From Psilocybe cubensis (Eukaryota), in contig CM039007.1 in assembly GCA_017499595.2 (NCBI GenBank), positions 1,736,001 to 1,800,000 of the forward strand: a stretch of DNA of 64,000 nt, in the 5' to 3' direction. Of the stretch, positions 13,231 through 25,121 are shown piece after piece. The first letter of the stretch is position 1. Each line of letters starts with the position of its first letter. A program made the position numbers and the translations under genes. Below the pieces are notes generated by a model that was given only the letters and a program-made list of their open reading frames with translations, searched no databases and had not been told where the DNA came from.

Positions 13231-15029
13231 AATCGCGAGAGATATGGACAAAGATGACTTGTTTGGCGAGGTGTATGTTAATGGATAAGGCATTATACTA
13301 ATGGCTGGTGCAGGTAGACATCCGCAGCTTCTCTCTTCTTAGATACCATAACAGCCGGAAACCGGTTAGAAGGGACTGCATATATACCCAACCTGATTTA
13401 CTAAAAAGTTACAAGTACATCACCGAGTCACTATGTGCCATTTAATTTACCCTCTATGCCATATTATACCCGTCTTCTGCGTACCCCTCGTTCATCGTTC
13501 AAAGTATCATAAAAGTATGCAAGATTTAACCAACAAGAGTGCGAACATTGTGAATTCTTAGAATAAGATTCTGCGACTTCACAGTGAATTTTGATGTGCC
13601 TCATTTATTCTTAATCAATTTCCTGCTAGCTCTGGGAGCAATGATCATATCACGTTTCCTCACCTGCATGTAATAGGGACACGCTTTTCGACATTGGTAT
13701 ACTACTACTTACAGAAAACAAAAAAGTAAAGAAAAGGTAATTTTTGCAGATGGGAAATGTATTACACGATGTCTGAGCTTCAGATTCTGGGTGAATAGTA
13801 TTAGAACCAGTGCACTTTCAACTTTTATTATGACAAAACAAAACCTCCAATCACTAAGATTGGAGATTGGATACCATAACAACAACGGGATCAGGTGGAG
13901 CTGCTTTCCAAAGAATAAATAGTACCTAAAATTTTCACAACACAATGTCCCAGGATATACAATTGAACATATAGAGTTTTCAACAGTTGATGCGGAATTA
14001 CTGATCAGTTTAAACACACTAAGAATCTAACTATCAGATTCAAGGTTTCTGTACTGCTTTTTTTATCAAATAAAACCATGTTTGCACTACCTCATACGGC
14101 CGTTCTGGGAAAATTCATCGCGAATAGAACGATATTTTTTATAAAACACTGCATAGAGTCTGTTATTGAAATTTGAAATAGCATTCGGTGAGATTTGTAG
14201 ACTCTGGACAAATAATCTATACCAAGGTGAGTCCACTTCTGAGTCCATCCACAACAAAGATCTGTACCAAGACAACCAACCGAGATATAAGCGCGTCAGG
14301 AAGATTTAAATTTAAAATAGTATGCACCACAGCCAAAGATTGGCGTTCAGGCTGATGTGGGGATGCAAAGGGATCAGCCCATCACTAAGCGATCTTCGGG
14401 CGTCTAAAAAGATTCTCCGGCATCCCCAGCATCACCCGTCTACCTCGAATGCCCATCCCCTTGAAGGATCATTGATCCTCTCATTACGAGGCAGATTAGT
14501 AGTCATTTCAGGCCTTTGAGAGTAACAAAAAAAGACAAAATCATTACATACTTTTTTCCTACAACGACTCCTGAATATTGAATGGTGAACCCAGAAAAGA
14601 GTCAGTTTTCGAGCAATACATCTATCGCATCCCTGATTACTCCTTTGTCCCATGACGCCCACCAAGACAGACACCGAATTCCAGCATCGTTTGAAAAATG
14701 ACCTAACAACACACTGCCCCAAAAATGTTCAACTGTTCTATGTATCCGATGAACAATAGGCTTTGAACAGAATCACAATAAGTTGGTTGGCACAACGTAT
14801 GCGCTCGGGATAACATATATCTACACCAGATGTTGCTGCGTTGTATGTTACCCCAGAGCCGCAGCTGCATACACAGCTCCGACTCTGAGCACTAAAGGTT
14901 CTCTCGTTGTCAGGGCGAATTTGGCCTCCCTCGAAAAAACGGTTGTTGTAGCACCTGGGTGCGTTACTTGAGTTCTGACTCATCAAAATAACCTCAAAGT
15001 GTATACTGATTCTGACTGCTGCTGACAAG

Positions 15030-16259
15030 ATGCTAGATTCTCCAACTCTACAGATCCACAGTTAAAAAACCCCTTCAAACTTCAAGACAGAATGGCGGTT
15101 ACATTTGCCGCCTCCATTAGCATTTTCAATCCGGTTTTGTATATTGTATCCTCAATACCGCAACCTTCTCTTCATACTGGTGAAACAGCAAGGATCTCGG
15201 ATAGGCCTGACTCGCTGTCATTTTCTACCACTACTACTGGCACTACCACCACTACCACTACCACTACCACTACCACTACCACCACTACCACCACCAAAAC
15301 TTCCTCCTCCTTTACGCCTACCTCCAGTCCCCATTCCACCTCTTCCTCTATCCTCATCTACAATCCCTCCAGCACCACCCACACCTACACCGCAATTATT
15401 GCAGTACCAGCATCATCAGGTAACACCATCGGCAGCGTCAACACCCCTTTCAGTTCCTTCTTCACCGGCGTAACACAGCCACCGGCTAGCCCCTCTTCCA
15501 ACAGCATCCGAAACATAAACAATAGCAACAAAAGCATTCTTCCTCTCCTTCTCGCCTGCTCCGGGGCCACCGGTGCACTTCTCCTCCTCGCAGCGTACCT
15601 CCTTCTAAAGCGCACTCTCACGACGCGCCGCCGCCGCCATGACCACGTCAGTGGCTCAGCAAACCAGCGCACAAACACATCGGACTTTAAAAAAAACATA
15701 TACGCCTGGCTCATGAGCTGCGTCAGGCTACGCGACAACGACCTCGAGGCCCGAGTGACGCGCCGTGCCAATGTTAGCGTGTACCCATATACTAAGAGTG
15801 AAGGTGGAGGCACACCAAATTCCCCCCTCCGAGCGCAGCCCTGCAGGTTGCGTGCTTGAAGCATACGGCGGTGCAAGTGCAACCGTCCCAATGGAAATGA
15901 ATACGGGCATAAAAACAGGCACGGGCGCTACAGGTGGTAGCACTGGGCCAAACGTTGATACTTCCGAGTCTACCGCTTCTGTGGCACAAGTACACTCAAC
16001 TTTGCGGACGGAGGAAAATAGCGCCAACCGACCCTCGCCAGCGAGATCTCCACAGCCAACAATAACAAGCCCAAGAGCTCTGAGCTACACTACCGAGACC
16101 CAGTGTGGGTCCCATGTCCGGATTGAGAGCGTGGATTCTGTCGGCGGGAGCAGTTCACTGCCGGAATATCGCTCCCGAGAGGTGTCAATAGTAGGTGGAC
16201 GAAATAATGTAGAAGAAGCGCTCCCTTCCTCAAACTTTGGTACGGCCAATCTGGAATGA
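15030..16259 (+). pseudogene. Frameshifted paralog 3 of the single-pass PPxY membrane family
   Basis: The homologous ATG at 15030 meets a stop after 11 codons. The Thr-rich + TM part is in ORF 15092-15859. The C-terminal part (VLEAYGGASA...ALSYT...ESVDS...SSLPEYRSRE) is in another frame (15765-16259). Most of the coiled-coil segment is missing at the frame switch (~15830-15846). Confidence 0.65.
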
Positions 16260-17997
16260 CATTACGACAGAGATGGAACCCGGGAAGACTTGGTTAACGG
16301 AGTATGTGTTAATGGACAAGAGATTATATGGCTGGGGCAGGGAGACATCCGCAGCTTGGATCGTTGCTCTCGGCCTTTGCCATAATAGCCCTATCATCCA
16401 ATCATCACCACATCTGAGATTTGTCAACACCTTGGATGTCATGGACGAAGCGAACGCCAAAAAAGCTTTCTATATTGCTCGTCGATTTCTTAATTGGAAT
16501 GAAGCTGCCTTTTGATGATTCAGAACTTTCTCTTTTTAGATACCCTAGCAGTAGAACAACAGTCAGTGGAAGGAAAAGCATATATACCCAACCTGATTCA
16601 TCGATGCCCACCAAGTACATCGCTGTGTCACCATATATCATCTGCATGCCATGTCATATTATACCCATCCTTCTGCGCGACCTCTCTCTGGAAGCTTTGT
16701 AAGCCATTGTGTTGCTTTCTCTTCTCTTTTACCAGTTCTTGCATTCCTGTCTTTAATTCTCTTTTTCGTAATTAGTTATGCAGTCGCTTTTCTTAAAAAA
16801 TATACCCTCTCATGGTTTTCGCTTTTTTTAGGTGTTGTTGGGCTGTGAGTGTTTCTCCTGTCCGAGGTTCGTCGCCATCCAAGGGCTCTTCTTGAATTCG
16901 TCCCGCAGTTTCTACGGCTTTTCCATCCGTTTCTCAGTCGACAAAGGTGCTAAATCTCAAAAGTTCATCAAAGTTCTGCGTCTGAATGTTTTGTGCTGCA
17001 TCTCGTCGGACTTGATAAGTTGATATGGTTCAACAACTCGAATACATACACGTCGATCGTGGTTGCCGCACATATTAATAAATTTAATGCTATCGGTCAG
17101 TTCGGTTACGATACATGATGATCAAACACAGGTTTTATGTGACGATCCTGACATGACCTGAGCACCATTTGAAGATAAGTTGAACAATATTCTTCACTTG
17201 AACTCGACTGTTCATCTACATGCACAAGATTCGTACATTCAAACGCATAGTTGTGGTGGAGAAGTTTCTAAACCTGCCGGGTGATGGATCCATATTCTGT
17301 CCCGAGTCATTGTCTGTTGCCAGTCGGAACCTACGGTGCCCGTTTAGGCTGATGCAAATCCAAGGATCTCGGTGATCAAAAGATTCCAGCCTTCTAAATA
17401 AAGATTCCTTGGGACAATGATCTAGGGCTACTCATCCTTATAGCCCTAAGTTCGATAGCATGGGGGATGCAGATTTCTGAGACACTAAGGCGAGAATGCA
17501 AGACTAGTCGCCTTCTTTTTCGCATGACATTTTTCTAGATACGGGAGATAGGCAATTTTTCAGCATTGCATTCATCGAACTTGAAGCACCAGTTTCAAGC
17601 CTTTTTTCCTGCACAAGTAACCTATATTCCAATACATCACTCAAAAATGTATCCTGACAACACCAATTTCTGACTGTTCCAGGTATCCTATTAACGATCT
17701 CATGCTATAATATCGTAACAAGCGGCTATTATGGTCATGCAACCCCTCTGATATCAGTATATGTACATACTACTCCACAGGTGTACTGGACCCCCGGAGC
17801 TGCAACATCGTCCATACTCCACAGCTCCCAGTGCAAAGTGCCAGGCGCCAAGTGCACAACTGAGTTTCTCCCAGCGCTAAACTAGGTAATCTGACCTTCC
17901 CAGAATACATGTCGGTGTGGCATCCGGGTATGTTCGACCTACAATGGCTCCTTAACGAAGACAAACATGTATACTTACGTTAACTATCGCTGATAAG

Positions 17998-18196
17998 ATG
18001 CCCTCTTTCATAGCACCAAAAACGTTGTTCGCACTTAACAAATTCAGTGGCCCCATCGGATCCGTACCGTCAAACTCAAGAAGCGCCACCCTGCTCGACA
18101 CCTCTCAAAACCAGCCAAACCGATTGATCAGTTTCCTTACTATAACGGACCCGAATCAAATTCAGTCCTTACGCACGGAAACGTTGCTTCAGTTCC

Positions 18197-18229
<33 letters not shown>

Positions 18230-19254
18230 CTACTACCACGATCACCACCACCATTACCACCACAAGCTTAACCACCAGCTTAACCACCAGTTTCACTACC
18301 AGCTTCACCACTACCAGTTCCACTACCACCAGTTCCACCACCAGCCCCACGAGCAGTAGCATTAGCGGCACCAACAAACCCACAATTACCGCCACATTAC
18401 CCGGAGTTCAACCTATGTCCAAATCATCAGGCCACCATCGTGCTACTATTTCCAGTCCCTCATCTGGCAGCAACGGCGTTCTACCACTCCTCTTTGCCGG
18501 CTCCGGTACTGCCTTTGCACTCCTCCTCCTCTTCGCAGCATATCACCTCCTACGACACATCGTCTCGACGTGCCGACGTCGCCGTCGCCACAGGGGACCA
18601 GCAAGTCAGAGCGCAGGCATTAAACGTGACCTTAGACAGAACACGTACGGCCGTCTCGCGAGCCGCGTCGGGCACCCCGCCTCGGATGACGATGGAGAGT
18701 CGATAACACAGGACAAGGACGTGCGCCGCGCAAGTGCCATCGCAAACTCGGGGAGTGAAGATGGAGACCCCGCCGCGCCACCCCTCGCACTGCAGATCTA
18801 CGTAAATCGCCTCGAAGAGCGCGTGCAGCACCTCGAACGTGTACTTGAAGCGCGCGGCGCTACAAGTGCAATGAACCCTATCTCACTCGTCGTGGCGGCG
18901 CGAGCGCGAGCTCCAAGTACATCTCAAGGTTTATTTGAAATGGATACGGATATGGAAACGGCCACTGGCACGGGCACCGCAGGCGGTGACAGCCAGCAGT
19001 TTGACGCTGCTGCGACCACTACCATAGCACGCGCACACGCAAACCCGTTTTTACAGGACGAGGAAGAGAGCCGCTTCCGACGCGACGGACTACCTCCATC
19101 TCCGGAGCCAGAGAGAACGAACGACAGCCCTCTGAGCTACACGACCAATACCCAGCGAGGGTCTCAGGCTGAGAGCGTGAACTCCGTTGGCGGGCGCAGC
19201 TCCCCTCCCGAATACCGCTCGCGAGAGGTATCTCTAAGGAGCAATGCAAATTAG
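17998..19254 (+). CDS. Single-pass membrane protein with C-terminal PPxY motif, tandem paralog 4 of 4
   Basis: Probable 5'UTR intron 17928-17997, ATG 17998. Ser/Thr tract, LLFAGSGTAFALLLLFAAYHLL, TCRRRRR, YGRL, RLEERVQHLERVLE, PLSYT, RSSPPEYRSRE. Confidence 0.85.
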
Positions 19255-19451
19255 TCGCTTTCTTCGTTGGACGTCAGAGGGCAGAATAGATAAGTAGACC
19301 GGTGCCATGGACACTTTGAAAATGATTGACAGCGACTTGAGATCCATCCAACTAGAATGTCCAGTCGGTGAAACGCCATAATATACACTGAGTGACCAAT
19401 GTAATTGTATAAATGTCAGTGACCTGTCAAGAAAGCTGGAATCAAGTTCAA

Positions 19452-20565
19452 TCAACATAGCAGGCAACCCGCCTTTGAGGGACCTGGTTCACCTGGAATA
19501 CGACGGGAAATCCATGCTGCCACTTCTACTAGCTCTTCGTTCACTATCGTGTGGCCCATCCCTTCGTATGAGCGAAAATGTAATCTCCCGCCATCATTTT
19601 GCATGTCATCATCGTTTTTAAAGCTAGTATCCTGATCCATAGCAGGAAAATCATTTGGGTAGTCACTTGTAATGAACGGAACAGAAAGCTGTTGGGCCAG
19701 GGTCTGAGCCAATTGCTTCCAGTCATCGATAGATACTAGTTGGTCGCCTGTTCCGTGACACCACAGTATGGGAATATTCTTGGCGTGAGGGGTCAAGATC
19801 TGGAATTTGTTAGCAAGTGCTGAATTAATCTCCATCCAAGTCTCGGTGTGTAATACTTGCCTCTGGAACCTTCCGCCTCAATGGGACATAGGTGCTCAAG
19901 GCAAACAGGCCGCCAAGAGGCTTCTCAGTGGTGATGGCGGTCAGTATCGATATTGATCCCCCTTGGCTCAAACCACCAATGATGATACGTTTTGAAGGGA
20001 TGTTGTGTTCTGTTTCTTCAATTCTTATGAGGTGCTTTATCCAACTGACAGCCCGCATAAGACCATCTTCGTCCTCCTGTCGATTGATGTAGTCAAATGA
20101 GTACACGTCGGCCCTGTTAAGAACGTTCAGACCATCTTATTGAAAGTCGACTTCGCTGATGGGAATGAATGTACTGACCAAGATGGCATGACCCTCCCCT
20201 GCATACCGGTGACAGACATCACAGGTCTGGATAATTTTGAAAAGATACACCTCATAAGTAGCTTTCTTACAAGCCACGCCGTGTCCATGTCACGGAATTC
20301 TTACGCTGAGGGTAATATGAACTTGACGTGACCAAGGTCACTATGGTCTTTAAGTTCTCTCAAGAAACGGCCAAAATTCTTGGCTGTATCTCCTAGTCCC
20401 TGGAAAAAATCAGTATATATATCTGACTATGTATTAATGACGACCGTGACTGACATGACTGATAATGACTGTAGCGGTGTGCTCTTTGCGCGCTGGGAAA
20501 ACTATGCATTCTGGCAATGCCTTTTTATCGATATCATTTGATTGGGGGGTTGAGGTGGCATCCAT
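19452..20565 (-). CDS. Acyl-protein thioesterase 1 / phospholipase-carboxylesterase family alpha/beta hydrolase (multi-exon)
   Basis: Spliced motifs HTATVIISHGLGD, HVKFILPS, MPSW, EDEDG, RIIIGGLSQGG (GxSxG nucleophile), WCHGTGD (Asp), YEGMGH (His). Confidence 0.88.
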
Positions 20566-22321
20566 TGAATCGATGGAAGAGAGAGATAAAATAAGCCTGG
20601 GTATCTTGTGTGCTTTCAAGTATAAAATGTATACGTGGGATTCTATGTGAAGTGCCGCAGTATGTCGGGAGCGAAAGGTAGCTGATCGTGTAAGGCAACA
20701 TGCCTAATGGCGAATGATTGATTGGCTGGCTAAAGATTTGATCTCCGAAATGTCTCCGACCTAAACCTGGGCGAACCTGTGAAACACCAATGAGGCTGCT
20801 TCAGAGTTATCTTTACAGTGGGCCGCGATTCTCTCAGTTTGCTTTCACGTTGAAGGGGGATTGCGGAGACTATGTGTTACTAGTATAAATTACAACGCGT
20901 TGGGCTCAGCCTCTGCAGCAACCTGCAACCTAAGCTCTCTGGATCCTGTCTGGATCGCATCAACAGCCTCGGTACTAGACTTGGGCATGTCGTCGAACTC
21001 TTACGTCTAGGCGTCCAGTATAATATATCTCTTACTATGCTCGTGACTGCAGCCATTGGAAACTATTTAGATTTTAAAAGGCTATTAAAAGTAGCTGACA
21101 GAACTTTGATTCTGCACATCAGACGTGCCAGGCATCCCGCGAGGTTTTTGCATTACAATCTTATTCGTCGACACGCCATCTTGGAGTTCGGAAAATTTGC
21201 CTGGAATGTTGGTGGTGGAAACTGACTTCTCTTTCCCCTTATACTCGACCTTTTTCTTTCAATTCATTGTGTTTTTCTTTTTTTTTTTTTAAAAAAAAAA
21301 GCAAAGACTAGCCTGCGAAGGTTTTTTCTTGCTTGCGAATTTTATATGTCATTGATTCAGACGCTCCTGAGCTTTGGTAGTGTATCTGCTAAAGGGTTAG
21401 AGAAAGCATCTGTTGTTCGCACCGCTTCTAAATTTAATTGATTTACAGACTGCAATTTGAATTGTCTGTCATTTGAACAAGTTTCCAGTTGATACCATTA
21501 GTCCAACCAAAAAATAATTGGTAGCGAAGAGTATGTATTGCAGTCAACCAGTAAAATTGTACGAGGATAAGCATGAGGACGAGTCGATAAAATTCAATCA
21601 AGATGCCCCAATTACGGAAAACTTGCTGATTTCCTGTTATCCCTGTCCACAGTAGGGTCTATCTTCCCGTATGATCTCTCGCTGGTTGCTGTGCAGAGTA
21701 TGCAACCGTCGACAGCCATCTGCACCCAGTGACCGGGATCACTAGCATGAATTGAACAATTTGCTGAATGAAATTTCCAATGACTTATTATGAGCAAGCG
21801 CCGGCAATCTGGCCACTGGACGACAGTTCGTTTGCAAGTCATGAAGAAGCTGACGGTCTTGTTATTCGATGCCAACGGGTGTCCCAGATTAGCGATATCT
21901 CTACTTCTGGGGTTGAATGATGCGCCCAGAGATACACATGCTCATACAGAAAGGGGACAGTTATCTCCAGGATATTCTCCAGACTCCAGAGTATAGCTAC
22001 GAGTGACGGTGATTCAATCGTCATTCAACCATTCGTGAGAGTTGGAAAACGGAGATCATACGGCGTGGCAGCCATGCCTTTTGGTTTGAAAAGGCACCAA
22101 AGTCCTGGCATCCTGTGGCGCGTCGTGCGAGTAATGGATTGGATAGAAGTATAATAGCGGGCCGCTGAGTGGGTGGGGAAGAAGTCCAATTTTGGACTCT
22201 GAAGGCCAGGAAAAGCCAAGGAGATCCGAAACGATGGTAACTGCACTTTGAATTTCCACCATTAATTCGGGTTCAACCAGAGCCTTGATGTCGACCTCTT
22301 CCTAACCGCCATATACCACTC

Positions 22322-24514
22322 ATGTCCTGGCCACCTCCCCGCGACGAACTCACATCGACAGTCTGTAATGCTGTCCAGCAGCTTACGCGTAATAGGAAGG
22401 CTAACTTCTTGTTGGATACTGCGTTGGCGCTGATTGAAGCCGGACAGTAAGTTCGAACGTCTTTGTGCGACTTCTATGCACCCCCTTTGACACGTCTCCG
22501 ATGATTCTGCTAGATATGGTGCAGACGTCGAGAATTACCTTGAAGTATACCTGAAGACACCCGGACTGTCGAAGGAGGACATAACTAGAGCCTTATTGGC
22601 TCGGGGTAACGCTCGAAAACGAGGTGGAGAAGGCTTAATAGCTAAAGCTCAGGAAGGTATGAGCCTGTAACATCTTCGCTGCGGGCGCAGCGTTCCGAAA
22701 CTCACAATATCTCAGACTTTCAGGCTGTTTTGAAACTGGATCCATCAAACCGGGAACTCCAACATACTCTCCGACGCAAAGTGGTGCGTCCATATGCATG
22801 AAGCCTCTCAATCACCCTTCAAACACAATGTATAGATCCATTTCTCAAACGAACCTGCATCTCAGCGGGCACCACTGGAAGTATGGGAAAGAATCGCTTC
22901 CCATATACCACGATACCATCTACGAACATGGCTCTTCCTTTCCTCGTTTCACCGAGATATTGCAGTTCGACACATCTTCCACACAGTGGACATCTATTTC
23001 GGGGATGACCAACAGGAAAACCTAAACAGAGGGTTGGATATCTTCGATCGAGCAAAAAACGACCCTGTCTTTGCCAGCCAAGTCAAGTCGTTGAGGTTGC
23101 ATTGGGCATACGAGGAAGGCGACATGCTGGATCTGATGACCCGTGAGTCGATGATTTTCTGCCGGTCGCCTCCATCATTTCTCACACAATGTCCCCCTCC
23201 CGCGTCAAGGCATCTTCAAAACTGCCTTGCCGGAGTTCAAAGCATTACGGGATTTTGAATGGATTGGATACCCCGAGATGCGTGCGGATATGGTTCAAGC
23301 TGTATACGCCAGCCACAAACATCTTCATGGCCTGGGACTCATGTCAGTTAAATCAATCAATTCCCACACAATTTGGACTGACGTTCTTTGATAATAGAGG
23401 GTGGCACTTCGACGCTGTTGGTGTTTCTGCATTCCGTAATCTACGAAAGTTCACTCTACGAGCCGAAGACGACGATGGCTTCGCGGACATGGGCGAAGTA
23501 CGGACGGTGCTCGATCAAAATGAAGCCACCTTGAAGCATCTCATTCTAGGAGCGTTCCTTGAGAGGCAGCACTCCTGGGACTCGGCTTTCCAGTCCGTGA
23601 CGATAAAAAATCTCACCCACCTCGACCTTGTGGACACTCGTATCTCGCACATCGTCCTTGCCCGCATCGCTCACGCACATAACTTGCAAAGTCTTACTTT
23701 GCACGGTACATTTGAAGAACCAAGCTCAGCGGCCGTCGTCTTTGCGAGCGACCACATCATCGAGGGCCGGCACACATTTTTACCACATCTCGAATCATTC
23801 CGCTTCCTCCTCGTGGGCCATGATGATGACCATGCATTATATAACTCTGTCACTCGGTTCCTGCGCCAACGCCAGAAGCTTAGGAGGTTAGATCTTGGCA
23901 ATTGTCCATGGGAAATGGTGCTCGCACTTTTACCCGACCTCCGTAATCTGCGCGTATTGGGTGTCAAAATTGCCAATGTCAGCCAAGCTCCCATAGATGC
24001 TCTCATAGATGCTCTGCCAGAAGAAATGCAAGCCATCAACTTATCGACTGTTGTCTCCGAAAAGCCTATAGTAAGTGCCGTTGTTCGCTGATTATTCTAT
24101 CAAATCTGATTAATCCTTTGTCATGCTTGATAGAATGAGTATGCTACATATTTCTCCGGCTTCCCCGCCCTCTCCTTCCTCCACTTCCACTGCGCCAACA
24201 AACGGCGTCCGAAACCCAATCTTATGTCCGAAAAGGACTTCCAAGTGCAGACCGATATCTGGATATCCAGCGCACGGAGTGTCGCCACCGCAATTCCTTC
24301 CCTCGATTTTCTCGGCTGGCACGGAGAACATTACGTTGTCGTTCGCACTGATAGCAGTAATGAGATGTACGGATGTGGTAGTGTTGAGCTTAAAGAGCTA
24401 CCAACGCGTCGGAGACTAGACTGCGGCAAGGGTGTTGATCTTGGCGGGGAGGATGCGGCGTGGCTGGAGAGGAAGGACGTTCCCATGGATTACGAGATGC
24501 CGGGCTTGGATTAA
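22322..24514 (+). CDS. F-box protein with an N-terminal TPR-like repeat and C-terminal leucine-rich repeats (multi-exon)
   Basis: ATG 22322. RALLARGNAR...DFQAVLKLDPSN (TPR-like), APLEVWERIASHIPRYHLRTWLFLS (F-box-like), repeated LxxLxL motifs (NLRKFTL, NLTHLDL, KLRRLDL, NLRVLGV). Stop 24514. Confidence 0.8.
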
Positions 24515-25121
24515 AATTGAGGATGGTCTTGTGTGTGAAGGAATATGCAAGGGAGAGCAATTCTATTGTTTGCTTGCGTGTATGCCCGTGTACGCTGGTA
24601 TACGTATCATGCACCGGTAGCTTACCCGCTTCTCTTGATACGAGCAGTTCGTGGGGAGCACGCTCCCTCTTCCGGAACCCGTTCGTTGCCTCACGCTTTG
24701 CGCTCCAGTGTTTTGCCGGTTAGTGCAGGTAGTTGATGAGGGAAGAAGTCCTCAGATGTCTAGATTAAGATGCCTTGTTGTAACGCTATTAGCTTTGTAT
24801 AACGCTCTCCTGTTGGTGGTATCTTACATGTATAGTAGTTCGTCGGTTGTCTTGTGCTGCTTGGTTTGAATCCTGCATTTACCTACATTTTTGGAGATAA
24901 AAATCATTGGTATCCTTCCTTTCCGACTGCAAGACTAACATTCCGTCCAATCTACCGCTTACGGCCTAGTTTTTGAAATTAAATAGGTAAGGTACAACAG
25001 GTCCACATCGTTAGAAAAAGATGCAATATTAGATACATAGGGTATCCTTCCATTGGAAAGGGAATAGACCGATAGTAGCACATGGACAAAGTTTCACAGA
25101 GACAGAATGGTGTGCAGAATC

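Noticed and set aside
8309-14700. Conserved uORF or upstream coding exon (8309-8569, 11548-11739, ~14582-14700) for the membrane-protein array
   Set aside because: Start codons and frames are not conserved among copies, indels are not multiples of three, and in-frame stops precede the intron in copies 1 and 2.
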